64,000 nucleotides of DNA, taken from NCBI GenBank assembly GCA_963665275.2, contig CAXXIN010000007.1:1-64000 (forward strand). Direction: 5' to 3'. Position numbers and translations under genes: made by a program. The notes beneath the pieces are model-generated. The model did no database searches and was not told the DNA's origin. It saw nothing but the letters and a program-made list of their open reading frames with translations. Source of the DNA: Negativicutes bacterium (lineage in GTDB: Bacteria; Bacillota; Negativicutes; UBA1444). Shown here piece after piece: positions 10,239 to 20,393 of the stretch (its first letter is position 1; each line of letters starts with the position of its first letter).

Positions 10239-11132
10239 TCACTCCTCACCCAATACGATTACTTCCGGCCATAATTCGACCCCTGAATGTTGCTTGACTT
10301 TCGCCTGCACCTCGCGGATCAAGCCCTGTACATCGGCGGCGCTGGCTTGACCGGCATTGATAATGAATCCGGCGTGTTTCTCCGACACCTGTGCATTACC
10401 ACAGCGCAAACCCTTGCAGCCAGCCTGTTCCACCAATGTTCCGGCGAAAAAGCCCTGCGGTCGCCTGAACGTGCTGCCGGCGCTGGGCCATTCCAGCGGT
10501 TGCTTACTTTCCCGGCGCCGGGTCAACTCCGCCATCCGTGCGGTGATTTCTGCCTGATTCCCCGGACGCAGCTTCAGCCGCACCTCGCAGATCACGCAGT
10601 GGTTTTCCTGAAAAAGGCTGTGCCGGTAACCGAACCGGATCCCGGCAGCAGCATAAGTATTGATAGAACCATCCATTCCGACTGCAGTTACCTGCTCCAC
10701 AACATTGCCCATCTCTCCGTCGTAGGCGCCGGCATTCATGAATACCGCCCCGCCGATGCTCCCGGGTATACCCACCGCAAACTCAAGACCGGCCAAGCTG
10801 TTTTGCGCCGCAAACTTCGATACGTCAGCCAACAGCGCGCCGGCTCCAGCAATGACCATATCGCCCTCGCAGCGAAGAAAAGCCATAGGCTCCCCGAGCT
10901 TCATCACCACGCCCCGAATCCCCTTGTCACGCACCAATAAGTTGGAGCCTTTTCCGATCACGGTCAGGGAAATCGAACACTCGGCCGCCGCCTGAATCAC
11001 AGCCGCTGCTTCGGCAGTCGTAGACGGTAGCGCCATCCAGTCAGCGGGGCCACCAATTTCAAAGGTAGTGTGGCCAGACATAGGCTCCTGAATTAAAAGT
11101 TGGTTAGCTGGAAAAGAACGCTCAGACAGCAC
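10239..11132 (-). CDS. murB: UDP-N-acetylmuramate dehydrogenase (start uncertain)
   Basis: HTTFEIGG, GKGSNLL, GIPGSIGGAVFMNAGAY, PSAGSTF and KHAGFIIN motifs. Confidence 0.93.
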   Translation of the reverse strand: MLSERSFPANQLLIQEPMSGHTTFEIGGPADWMALPSTTAEAAAVIQAAAECSISLTVIGKGSNLLVRDKGIRGVVMKLGEPMAFLRCEGDMVIAGAGALLADVSKFAAQNSLAGLEFAVGIPGSIGGAVFMNAGAYDGEMGNVVEQVTAVGMDGSINTYAAAGIRFGYRHSLFQENHCVICEVRLKLRPGNQAEITARMAELTRRRESKQPLEWPSAGSTFRRPQGFFAGTLVEQAGCKGLRCGNAQVSEKHAGFIINAGQASAADVQGLIREVQAKVKQHSGVELWPEVIVLGEE

Positions 11133-11157
11133 CGCGGTAAATTCCCGTCCGGACTGA

Positions 11158-11508
11158 TTATTTTTCGGCAAAAGGATCCAATCCTTCCCCGACGGCATCG
11201 CCGATCATTTTGTAGATGTCCTGCATCACCTGCTGAAACCGGAAATACGCGGAAATATAATCGCGCGCCCGCGCGTTCAGCGACAACAGTTCGCCCAGCT
11301 TTTGCAGCGAGTCCTGCTTCGACTTCACGTCCGCTTTGCCTGACATCACTTCAATCTGCATTTCCATCTGTTTGCGCAAAAAATCTTTCACCATGTCCCG
11401 TGCGCCCGCATCAGTATCCAACTCCCGGCGTGCTTTGCCCAGCGCCTTGAATTCGTCGGATTCTTTCAGTGCACGGGCCAATTCAGTTCCTTTGTCATAT
11501 GCGTTCAT
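11158..11508 (-). CDS. YlbF/YmcA family regulator
   Basis: YDKGTELARALKESDEF N-terminus; ~116-aa helical protein. Confidence 0.75.
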   Translation of the reverse strand: MNAYDKGTELARALKESDEFKALGKARRELDTDAGARDMVKDFLRKQMEMQIEVMSGKADVKSKQDSLQKLGELLSLNARARDYISAYFRFQQVMQDIYKMIGDAVGEGLDPFAEK

Positions 11509-11562
11509 ATCGATTCCTCCCATAGTAAGTCATAGACCTGATTATCCCCAAGGACAGCTTTA

Positions 11563-12420
11563 TTAAGATTTCAATAAAGCGTTGTAGAAATCCTGCATCG
11601 TCTTCGCATCTTCAGACTGCGTACCCGCTGATTCGCAAATAATCCGTGGGGTGAGCTTATGCTCCACGATCCACTGAATCAGCGGCTGATGGGGTGGTCC
11701 ATAGTCATTGTGAAAACCCCAGTGACGTTTTTCGCCGCCCTTGGTAAATTCGATGCTGCTAAAATGGATGTGCAGCATTTTGGCGGTCTCATCCCCCAAC
11801 CCCCGGGCAATCGTTTCAAAAACCGAACCGTAGTCTCTGGGCGTCGAAAATCCTCCGCCAGCCACGGCGTATAAATGCGCAAAATCGACCAGGGGAATCA
11901 GTTGAGGAGAAAGTTTGCACACTTCGATGATTTCATCGACCGTACCCAGCTGATTGACTTTTCCGTGGGTTTCAGCTGCCAGCTTCGGCCCCGTCAAGCC
12001 CCGTTTTTCAGCCTCCTCCAGTATTTTTTCCAACCTGCGTTTAGCAAGCTCCAGAGCTTCATAACGTGACAATTTGCCGATGCCGCCCATATGAAAAGCG
12101 ATGCGGTCTGCGCCGAACCAGAGTGCCGCTTCTAGTGATTTCAGAAAATGATTCATTGTATTGGCTGCCGTCTTCTCATCCTCCGTCGCCAGACTGATAT
12201 AATACGGCGCATGAACGCTCATGACGATGCCGAACCGGGCCGCCTCATCGCCAATGGCCCGGGCAGTCGTCTCCCCGACATTCACTCCCCGAGTCAAGGA
12301 ATATTCATAAGCATTGAGTCCCAATCCCGCCAGCCATTCCGGCATCTCGACCGACGCCTTGCGCCCAGAAGCATAAAAACTGTCCGGATTTCCGGACGGA
12401 CCAAACAAAGCCTTCTGCAT
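11563..12420 (-). CDS. Endonuclease IV-like (AP endonuclease 2) TIM-barrel protein
   Basis: SVHAPYYISL, FHMGG, ETHGK, DFAHLYA, HIHFS and GEKRH motifs. Confidence 0.8.
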   Translation of the reverse strand: MQKALFGPSGNPDSFYASGRKASVEMPEWLAGLGLNAYEYSLTRGVNVGETTARAIGDEAARFGIVMSVHAPYYISLATEDEKTAANTMNHFLKSLEAALWFGADRIAFHMGGIGKLSRYEALELAKRRLEKILEEAEKRGLTGPKLAAETHGKVNQLGTVDEIIEVCKLSPQLIPLVDFAHLYAVAGGGFSTPRDYGSVFETIARGLGDETAKMLHIHFSSIEFTKGGEKRHWGFHNDYGPPHQPLIQWIVEHKLTPRIICESAGTQSEDAKTMQDFYNALLKS

Positions 12421-12455
12421 CGCAGGCACTCTCCCTCATCCGTTATTTTGAACCC

Positions 12456-12935
12456 TCAAGTCAGTCCCGCATAACCCGTCTGGCGCAGCGCTTCATAAAC
12501 GGCAACCGCCACGGAGTTGGAAAGATTCAGGGACCGGGCGCCGCTGATCATCGGCAGACGAACGCACTGCCCCGGGTATTGGGCCAGAATCTCCGGCGGC
12601 AAGCCGGCCGTCTCTTTACCAAAAACCAGAAAATCGCCACCTTGAAAGGAAGCATCACTATGAAAACGGTCACTCTTCGTCGTATGGCAGAAAAAACGCC
12701 CGGCAGGATAAAGGGCTTGCAACTGGGCAAAGCTGTCATGATAGGAAATGTCCAGCAAATGCCAATAATCGAGGCCGGCTCGCTTCAAATGCTTATCATC
12801 CGTCGAAAAGCCGAGGGGACGGACAAGATGAAGCCTGCAGGCAGTTGCAGCGCACAGGCGCGCGATATTCCCAGTATTGCCGGGTATTTCCGGTTCGACG
12901 AGCACGACGTGCAGTTCAATCGGTGTTTGATTCAA
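12456..12935 (-). CDS. trmL: tRNA (cytidine/uridine-34-2'-O)-methyltransferase
   Basis: PEIPGNTGNI, KRAGLDYW, FGKETAGL and RSLNLSN motifs. Confidence 0.93.
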   Translation of the reverse strand: MNQTPIELHVVLVEPEIPGNTGNIARLCAATACRLHLVRPLGFSTDDKHLKRAGLDYWHLLDISYHDSFAQLQALYPAGRFFCHTTKSDRFHSDASFQGGDFLVFGKETAGLPPEILAQYPGQCVRLPMISGARSLNLSNSVAVAVYEALRQTGYAGLT

Positions 12936-12986
12936 AATTCATTTCTCCTAGCATGATCTTTTCTGCTATTCATTTTACCACTTATT

Positions 12987-14375
12987 TTACGATCCGACCC
13001 GCGCATGCACTTGCCGTAACAATCCATAGCCAACGAAGAACGCGCTCACGATGAGTCCGGCAAACAGAGGATCCATTCCATGCGGGAACAGGAATTTCCA
13101 TCCAATCGTTGCCACCGTACCCATGGCAATGGCCCACACGGCGACCTTGGGGCCAAGAAGGCCCGGCCTGAATATGGCCAGGCTAAAAGGCAAAATCATG
13201 CCAGCACCCCGCAAGCCCATCGAAAGATAATTCCATTCCAGCACCAGCGACTGCAGATTCCCGAACGTAAACAAGGCCGCACCTAACATAACCAGAAAAA
13301 CAGCGATCCGATTGGTGCACAACGCATGAGCTTCACAAAATCGCCAATGGGCTGCAGGCAAAATATCACGATTCAGCATCGTCCCCACTCCCAGTGCGAG
13401 ACCAGCTGCGGAACCGATGGATGCCAGCAACAGGGCGGCTATCGACAAGCCTCCCAGCCAGGGAGGCAAATAGGTGAGAACAAACAAAGGCAGTGCATTA
13501 ATGGGCGAAATATCCGGATGATGCACACGCATGAACAATCCGACCATAACAGCCGGGATGCCTGCCGGCAGAGTGATCAGAGCCGCCGTGATCGCGCCGT
13601 TTCTGGCAGTTTGTTCATCTTTGGCGGAAAACAACGCCTGAATATAGGTCTGCGTCGTCAACGTTCCGACCAGCAACGACAAGGCGCTGCCCAGATCAGC
13701 CCCCCACCCCCGGCCAAGCAGACTGAACCACGGATAGGCGGGAAATGCGGCATAAAATCCGCTCCAGCCACCCATTCGTGTATAGGTAACGTATCCTGCG
13801 GCCATCAATGTGATGTAAATCAGCAGGGTCTTCAATATCCCTACCCGTCCGGTAGCCCAGACACCGCCAAACAAAACATATACCACAGTCAGGGCCATGA
13901 CAAAGGCTACCGCGCGCATGGAGTTCGTCTGGAACAACACAACCACCAACGGGGTCGCGGAAAGGACATTGGCAACGATGCTGAAAAATATTCCGACTGA
14001 GGCGGCAATGGCAGAGAGCATCCCTGCACGCGGGCCAAAATGTTGGACCAGAAACTGAGGGATGGTCTGGAGTTTTGAAGCCCTTAGCGGAGCGGCATAA
14101 AAAAACGCCATCACTAGTAAGGCAAATCCGGCGCCAAGGGTAAACCACCAGGCTGAAAGCCCGATGGAAAAAGCCAGTTGAGCTGTCCCTACCGTCGCGG
14201 CGCCACCGATAATGGTACCGACAATTGTTCCTGACACCATCGGGACACCTGATTTTCGCCCGCCTAAGGCAAAGTCTGTCGCATTTTTGATCTTCCGGGC
14301 CGCGCTAACCCCAACCCAGGATATCAATAGAAGGACGCTGAAAAAAGCAATCAAATGGCCGTCTGTTAAAGTCAT
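12987..14375 (-). CDS. Sodium:solute symporter family transporter
   Basis: ~13 hydrophobic segments; DFALGGR, TIPQFLVQHFG and YVLFGG motifs. Confidence 0.85.
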   Translation of the reverse strand: MTLTDGHLIAFFSVLLLISWVGVSAARKIKNATDFALGGRKSGVPMVSGTIVGTIIGGAATVGTAQLAFSIGLSAWWFTLGAGFALLVMAFFYAAPLRASKLQTIPQFLVQHFGPRAGMLSAIAASVGIFFSIVANVLSATPLVVVLFQTNSMRAVAFVMALTVVYVLFGGVWATGRVGILKTLLIYITLMAAGYVTYTRMGGWSGFYAAFPAYPWFSLLGRGWGADLGSALSLLVGTLTTQTYIQALFSAKDEQTARNGAITAALITLPAGIPAVMVGLFMRVHHPDISPINALPLFVLTYLPPWLGGLSIAALLLASIGSAAGLALGVGTMLNRDILPAAHWRFCEAHALCTNRIAVFLVMLGAALFTFGNLQSLVLEWNYLSMGLRGAGMILPFSLAIFRPGLLGPKVAVWAIAMGTVATIGWKFLFPHGMDPLFAGLIVSAFFVGYGLLRQVHARVGS

Positions 14376-14538
14376 GTATACACCCGCCAACTATACGAAT
14401 TATTTTTTTATTGTTAAAATCAACTTCTGACGCGTATTTATTGGCAACATCGGTAGGAATAAATCCGCGCGCAGCGAAATACTTACATAGCGAATTACTT
14501 AATAAAGCATCGCGCTTAATAAAAAGAGGGGGATCTGT

Positions 14539-15924
14539 TTGATTAAACACTACGTGCTTGATACGAATGTTCTTTTGCATTCGCCCCACGCGCTATTTAC
14601 CTTCAGCGAACATACCCTCGTAATTCCGGAAGTGGTGCTGGAAGAACTGGACCGGTTCAAATCGGAATCAAACGATCGGGGCGCCAACAGCCGGGAAGTC
14701 AGTCGCCTCATTGATCAACTGCGGGCACGGGGCAATCTGATTGAAGGAGTATCTCTGAACGAAGAAGGCGGTCTACTGCGTATCGCCATCAACCACTTGG
14801 AAACGCCGATGCCTCCCCACTGGGACAAGTTCAAGGCCGACAACCGCATCCTGCAGGTCTGCCGCGGCTTGGCCGGAGAAGGGCAAACAGTCGTATTGGT
14901 GAGCCGGGATACCAACATGCGGGTAAAAGCCGATATTTTGGGGATTGCCGCCGAGGATTTCCGCAATGAAAAAGTTGCCAAGATTGAAGACCAATACACC
15001 GGGAGAGCGAAAGTGTACGCGACTTCTGATACGATCGACCGGTTTTATGCCTGCGACACCAACTTCTTATCTATAGAAGACCTGCGTATCTTTAACGACT
15101 CGACGCAAAGCATGGTCGAACCTGAATTGACGACCAACCAATTTTTGGTGATCCATGCCGACGACAATCCTCGCCAGACGGCCCTGGGCCGATTTGACGG
15201 CTCGAAGATCGTGCCGCTGAAGTATCGCGACTACAATCCATTTGGGGTCACACCCCGTAACGTCGGGCAGATTTTCATGCAGGAGTGCCTCATGTTGGGT
15301 GCTGACGAAGCCCCGTTAGTGATTATCAAAGGCCCGGCCGGAACCGCCAAAACTTTTTATTCCCTGGCTGTCGGGTTGCACCGGTTTATGGACTGCCGGC
15401 CGCGCGACTACCATCATCTGCTGATCTGCCGCCCCAATGTCCCCATGGACGAAGATCTCGGCTACCTGCCGGGCTCCGAGCAGGAGAAAATCGATCCCTA
15501 CATGCGGGCGGTCCGGGATAATCTCTTCACCCTCATGTCTGGCCACGGCATTACCGAATCCAAAGAAATCGAGCAGGTAGAAGACACAGTCCAAATGCTG
15601 TTTGAAAAAAGAGTCATTCAGACAGAAGCGCTGGCCTACCAACGCGGCCGGTCACTGCAGCGATACTGGATGATTCTGGATGAAATGCAAAATTCGACGC
15701 CGCGTCAGGCCAAAGGCGTCATCACACGGCCCGGTGTCGGAACGAAAATCATCCTGCTCGGCGATCCGGAACAGATTGATCACCCGTTTCTCGATAGTCG
15801 CACCAATGGTCTGGTGTACGCTTCCGAAAAGATGAAAGGCAGCAAGTTCTGCTTCCAGGTATCGCTGAACTACGATGAATGTGAACGTTCGCCGTTAGCG
15901 GCGGAAGCAGCGATCCGGTTGTGA
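14539..15924 (+). CDS. PIN-domain PhoH-family ATPase (PhoH2/YlaK-like)
   Basis: PIN motif YVLDTNVLL; Walker A GPAGTAKT; LGYLPG, RGRSL, DEMQN and GDPEQID motifs. Confidence 0.9.
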   Translation: MIKHYVLDTNVLLHSPHALFTFSEHTLVIPEVVLEELDRFKSESNDRGANSREVSRLIDQLRARGNLIEGVSLNEEGGLLRIAINHLETPMPPHWDKFKADNRILQVCRGLAGEGQTVVLVSRDTNMRVKADILGIAAEDFRNEKVAKIEDQYTGRAKVYATSDTIDRFYACDTNFLSIEDLRIFNDSTQSMVEPELTTNQFLVIHADDNPRQTALGRFDGSKIVPLKYRDYNPFGVTPRNVGQIFMQECLMLGADEAPLVIIKGPAGTAKTFYSLAVGLHRFMDCRPRDYHHLLICRPNVPMDEDLGYLPGSEQEKIDPYMRAVRDNLFTLMSGHGITESKEIEQVEDTVQMLFEKRVIQTEALAYQRGRSLQRYWMILDEMQNSTPRQAKGVITRPGVGTKIILLGDPEQIDHPFLDSRTNGLVYASEKMKGSKFCFQVSLNYDECERSPLAAEAAIRL

Positions 15925-16017
15925 AAACTTCTCTTATTGTATAATAATTGGCTCCGGCGGGCAAACCAGAACGCAAAAAAATGACGCGAAAAAGCTTAAG
16001 GAAAGTGGGGACATGAA

Positions 16018-17814
16018 TTGAAAGGGACAGTAGTTGCAACCTGGGTCCAGACCGCGCGAAGCCTATGGGGAAACGAGATTACCGCCCAAGCGATGAAACG
16101 GGCCGGTTGGGAACCGGGACGAATTTTCACTCCTACGGAAGACGTGGAAGATTCCAAGCCCAAAGCCATGGTAGCCGAAATTGCCGCCGCAATCGGCAAA
16201 ACCGAAGACGAAGTTTGGATGGCAATCGGCAAGGACAATATCGGCACTTTTTTCCGAACTTACCCGGCTTTTTTCCAGAAAGAAAATCTCTATTCTTTTC
16301 TCCGTTCCATGTTTGACGTTCATGTCATTGTTACCAAACGAATTCCAGGCGCCAATCCGCCAGAACTTTTGATTGAACCCATTTCAGAAAAGGAAGCCAT
16401 ATTATCCTACCGCTCCCAACGGGGCATGTTCGGATACCTCAAAGGATTGCTGGCCGGTGCGGCCGCGCATTATAAAGAAGCCATTGACACAGAGATTGTT
16501 GAATCCTCAGCCCAAAACATGAAGATTAAGATCCGCTTCCCTGAAGTCATTCGCAATACCGTTTCACATGGTCTGAACCGCTTTCTTTCCTTTGGCATGA
16601 TTCGCAGTGTGGCAATCAAAATAGGAATATTTTCTACTTTTTTAGCATTGGGAATTTCGGCGCTTTTAGCGCTTGCTGGTCTTTCCTCACCTTTGTGGGG
16701 CGCAGTTGCCGGCGGACTAGGCGCGCTCCTGGCCGCTACCTTGCTGTTGCGACCCGTGCAGACCATTCTCAATGAAATCAAGACCATGCAGGAACGAAAG
16801 TATTTTTATGAAACCCAGTTCCGTTCCGGTGATGAGTTTGAAACCGTCATGGAGGGTCTCGCCTCTTACAAAACCCGCCTCAAAAAAGAATTCGTCGGCT
16901 TCAAGGGTATAGCCGATGAAATGAACAAATATGCCAATGATTTTAATGGACTAGCAGAAAAAATGAAATCAACTTCCAGTGAAATTACCGGTGTTGTGAA
17001 TGATGTTGCGACTGCCGCCATGCATCAGGCTGAAAACACCACCGAGTCCGTTGCAATATTGAACGGAAATCTGTCGACACTGAAACTGGTCGTCAGCGAA
17101 CAGGATAAAAACAAAGCCCGGTTGGAAGCGGCAGTCTCCGAGATCAGTCAGGGTTTTAAAGATGTTGAACTATCCAGTCAAAAACTGGAGCATAGCATGA
17201 GTCAATTCGCCGAAGTCAAAACCTCGGCCGAACATCTGGAAACGCAGGCCAGTCGAATCAACGAAATCACATCCATGGTTTCGGCCATTGCCGCACAGAC
17301 CAATTTGCTGGCTCTCAATGCGGCAATCGAAGCGGCCCGGGCCGGCGAACAGGGGCGCGGATTCGCCGTGGTGGCTGAAGAAGTCCGCAAACTCGCGGAA
17401 CAGTCGCAACATCATTCCGATAGCATTGCCACCGATCTGAAAGTGTTGATGGAAATCATCAGCAGTGTAGTATCCATGGTCGATACCGAATATAACGTAC
17501 TGGCATCAGAGGCCAAACAACTTTCCTCTGTCGTAGCAGGCAATAACCGTCATGTCGAAAACGTCCATCTCGTCGCGGATAATATTGTTGATATGATCGA
17601 CAAGCTGGAAAACGAAATGAAGGCTATGAATCTGGTTTATGGCAAAATCGAGAACCTGGCTGCCATATCGGAAGAAAATTCCGCTGCCAGCGAGGAAGTG
17701 AGTGCGGCAGTTCAAGTCTATAATGAAAAACTGCATGACATGATGGCCCGTATCACTGAATTCAAAGTCGTCATCGGGCACTTTAGTGAAGACGTGAACC
17801 AATACCGCACCTGA
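16018..17814 (+). CDS. H-NOX domain methyl-accepting chemotaxis protein
   Basis: MKGTVV start, H102, P115, YRSQR; two TM helices; [35 protein letters not shown] signalling hairpin. Confidence 0.93.
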   Translation: MKGTVVATWVQTARSLWGNEITAQAMKRAGWEPGRIFTPTEDVEDSKPKAMVAEIAAAIGKTEDEVWMAIGKDNIGTFFRTYPAFFQKENLYSFLRSMFDVHVIVTKRIPGANPPELLIEPISEKEAILSYRSQRGMFGYLKGLLAGAAAHYKEAIDTEIVESSAQNMKIKIRFPEVIRNTVSHGLNRFLSFGMIRSVAIKIGIFSTFLALGISALLALAGLSSPLWGAVAGGLGALLAATLLLRPVQTILNEIKTMQERKYFYETQFRSGDEFETVMEGLASYKTRLKKEFVGFKGIADEMNKYANDFNGLAEKMKSTSSEITGVVNDVATAAMHQAENTTESVAILNGNLSTLKLVVSEQDKNKARLEAAVSEISQGFKDVELSSQKLEHSMSQFAEVKTSAEHLETQASRINEITSMVSAIAAQTNLLALNAAIEAARAGEQGRGFAVVAEEVRKLAEQSQHHSDSIATDLKVLMEIISSVVSMVDTEYNVLASEAKQLSSVVAGNNRHVENVHLVADNIVDMIDKLENEMKAMNLVYGKIENLAAISEENSAASEEVSAAVQVYNEKLHDMMARITEFKVVIGHFSEDVNQYRT

Positions 17815-17866
17815 AGAACGGGAATTAATCAAAAGTCAGCAACCGTGCGCTGACTATAGAGCTATA

Positions 17867-17914
17867 AATAAAGAGGATGTCCGATCTGGCAGCAGATCGG
17901 ACATCCTCTTTATT
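17867..17914. terminator. Bidirectional intrinsic terminator
   Basis: Perfect 22-bp inverted repeat AATAAAGAGGATGTCCGATCTG with a 4-nt loop, between convergent genes. Confidence 0.85.
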
Positions 17915-17921
17915 GGTTCGA

Positions 17922-18350
17922 TTATTGCTGCATTGTATGAGCTTCCGCCCGAGAATCCCCAAACAGAGTGGACCGTTGAACCGCTACCGTTTCGTCTTTG
18001 ACCGGCCTCCCAGAGACTACACCGTTAGTCGCAATATAAACGGTTGGCGGGTTAATCATACCCAGCTGGCCTACCGCTATATTTTGAACGCGTTGCGGCG
18101 ATTTTAGCCGAGCCATCTCCAGACGCAAAAGTTCATTTTGTTTTTCGAGGTTTCTCATGCTCCCTCTCGCTTGCACCAATTCATAACCCGCATCTACAAT
18201 CGAAGAACTTCCCCACGTCACAAACATGCCCAAAAGCCCAACGAGTACTGCGGATACCAAACATTCAGTACGCAAACACACATGTGACTGATGGCAAAAA
18301 CGGCGTTCCTTTTTTGCCGGGAGCTGTTGTTGTTTGCGAATTCGTCCCAT
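17922..18350 (-). CDS. ftsL: FtsL-like cell division protein
   Basis: Basic N-terminus, single TM helix, coiled coil LEKQNELLRLEMARLKSPQRVQNIA..LGM. Confidence 0.7.
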   Translation of the reverse strand: MGRIRKQQQLPAKKERRFCHQSHVCLRTECLVSAVLVGLLGMFVTWGSSSIVDAGYELVQARGSMRNLEKQNELLRLEMARLKSPQRVQNIAVGQLGMINPPTVYIATNGVVSGRPVKDETVAVQRSTLFGDSRAEAHTMQQ

Positions 18351-18396
18351 TACCGAACCCCCTCTGTACTATCATCAAGTACTTTCACGAAAAGCA

Positions 18397-19593
18397 TCAA
18401 TTCGAATAATAGTAATCGAATACCTGACCGAAATCGATTCCCACCACAATCTTGCCGCGATACTGATTGTGCAGGCGCTGACAGGCTTCCTCCAGGTGCT
18501 GCGACTTGATTCCGTGCTGCATGGAAAGCGTTGCCTCAATGAAAGCCGCCAGATGGTCACAGATTTTCAGAATCTTGCCATCCAGCGGCATGAATTCCGC
18601 CGCGTTGTATTGGGCCGAAATCTCTTCATTGGTGAATCCCTTTTGAATTTCACCGCCAACCTTTACTTTGTTGGCAAATTCATCTTCGATATAATAGCGA
18701 ATTTCCTCATGCCAGGAAGCCGGCAACAAGGGCAGCAGTTTTTCTTCTACCAGAACCTTTTCGTACTCCTTGATGATTTCTTCGATTCCAGCCACCGAAC
18801 TCTTGACCGGCGAAACGATATCACGGGTCAGCACCTCCGGCAAATCATGAAAAAGCGCACCGAAATAATTATTGATCGTCCTCTGGGGACACGCTTTCAT
18901 TTCCACAGAACACAGATACGACAACATCGCAACGATCAGCATGTGTCCCAGCACGGAAGTTTTGGGGATTCGGGGAGTCTGGGCCCAGCGTTGCTGGAAG
19001 CGGAGCTGACCGCAAAAATCAATGAAACCAAAGGACTTCTTACCCAACATCAGTTTCTGCACACCGAGCAGATCATAGTGATCTTCGATCTGGTTTTCCA
19101 GTTCTGCTTTTGTGTCTTCGATCCCATAAATGAAAGGCGTCAGATTATAAATAATTTTGAACTCCCAATTGGTGGCCAGGTAGTGGGAGGCGCGCAATAT
19201 GCGCCGTTCCAACACGGAATGTCCATCTTCTTCCAAATACGCCACAAACCGTTCCTTAAAGCCGCCCGGAACATCTCGGATATCCGCATCCAGTTGTTGC
19301 AGAACCCAGCTATTGAGTTCCTTGCGCTTCGTTTGCATCAGACGGTGAAATACCGGCGGTTTCAAATCAGTCAGCACGACGCGCTGCAAAAACTCGAACA
19401 GCCCTCCTTCAATCAGTCGAACCCAATCCACAGGCTTTCCCCGTTCAGTTTCCTCGCATTTGGCCAGAACAAAGGCGATGATCATCTTATGCGCCTGCTT
19501 GTCCAGCTCCGTCAGCTCAAACGGCCTCACATGGTCATTCCAGCGCTGAATACTGGCCGCTTCATAAAACCGTTCGATCAATCCCTTACGCAC
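18397..19593 (-). CDS. Tandem HD-domain hydrolase (YfbR-like C-terminal domain)
   Basis: QRW..SVLGH..ALFHDLPEVLTRDIVSPVK..CD; degenerate N-terminal copy. Confidence 0.8.
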   Translation of the reverse strand: MRKGLIERFYEAASIQRWNDHVRPFELTELDKQAHKMIIAFVLAKCEETERGKPVDWVRLIEGGLFEFLQRVVLTDLKPPVFHRLMQTKRKELNSWVLQQLDADIRDVPGGFKERFVAYLEEDGHSVLERRILRASHYLATNWEFKIIYNLTPFIYGIEDTKAELENQIEDHYDLLGVQKLMLGKKSFGFIDFCGQLRFQQRWAQTPRIPKTSVLGHMLIVAMLSYLCSVEMKACPQRTINNYFGALFHDLPEVLTRDIVSPVKSSVAGIEEIIKEYEKVLVEEKLLPLLPASWHEEIRYYIEDEFANKVKVGGEIQKGFTNEEISAQYNAAEFMPLDGKILKICDHLAAFIEATLSMQHGIKSQHLEEACQRLHNQYRGKIVVGIDFGQVFDYYYSN

Positions 19594-19609
19594 GATTCAG
19601 CCTGCCTCC

Positions 19610-20155
19610 TCACTCTTTCTTTTCGAGTTCTTCCAGACAGTCTTCCGCCCAAAGAACCAGTGCCTCGGCTACTATATTGGAACGGCGCATGGTCATCCGC
19701 CGGTACATCGCCTGGTCGGAATTCTTCCTGGCCATTGTTTCATAATTTCTTTCCAACATGCTGTATGTCGCGATTTCACTTTGCTTTTCGCGGATGAAAC
19801 GTCGCAATTGAAACTGCATTTCATCTCGTGAAGATCTGCTGCCCAAAAACACCCGCAGCGCAAATTCATCGCGGCACGGGCTCAACAGGGATTTAGGGAA
19901 TTGATTCATCCATTCGGCAAAAACTTGTTTGCCTGCGGCAGTGATCGTATACACTTTTCGATCCGGTCTGGATTCCTGCACTTCAATTCTGGAATCCACC
20001 CATTCTTTTGCTTCCAGCGTTCCGAGTTCCCGATAGATCTGACTCATCTGGGCAGGCCAAAAGGGATTCAGTTCCTTGTCAAACAAAAGTTTCATATCAT
20101 AGCCTGTCATCGGTCGATCCAGTAGAAGACCCAGAAGCGCATGAGGCAAAGACAA
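19610..20155 (-). CDS. PadR/AphA-type transcriptional regulator
   Basis: LLGLL..PMTGYD, SQIYREL, RPDRKVYTITAAG and a C-terminal helical domain. Confidence 0.9.
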   Translation of the reverse strand: MSLPHALLGLLLDRPMTGYDMKLLFDKELNPFWPAQMSQIYRELGTLEAKEWVDSRIEVQESRPDRKVYTITAAGKQVFAEWMNQFPKSLLSPCRDEFALRVFLGSRSSRDEMQFQLRRFIREKQSEIATYSMLERNYETMARKNSDQAMYRRMTMRRSNIVAEALVLWAEDCLEELEKKE

Positions 20156-20393
20156 GGTGTTTCCCTCCTTGAATATAAACTTATTTATATTTTCTATTTA
20201 CTATTATATTACTCATATATCAAATGTCAAATTATCAGCAGCATATTTTCCATTGTTTCCTATATTTTCCGTCCAATTCTGTGTGAATTGTTTTTTTGAT
20301 GTCTCCCACTATTTTAAAAGGATTATTGCACGACGCGGCGAACTAATATAAATGGGAAAACACGAACTACTAATATTTAAGGAGGATTTTTTG

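Noticed and set aside
14539-15924. PIN-PhoH as a toxin-antitoxin or defence system
   Set aside because: No adjacent antitoxin gene; stand-alone PIN-PhoH proteins are common in Firmicutes
15959-15996. GGGCAAACC...GACGC..AAAGCT upstream of the MCP, reminiscent of a c-di-GMP-I riboswitch
   Set aside because: The P2 arms do not pair and there is no room for P3 before the RBS; at most a relic. An Infernal RF01051 search would settle it.
18334-19797. 487-aa plus-strand ORF
   Set aside because: Antisense shadow of the HD hydrolase and padR genes; no recognisable motifs
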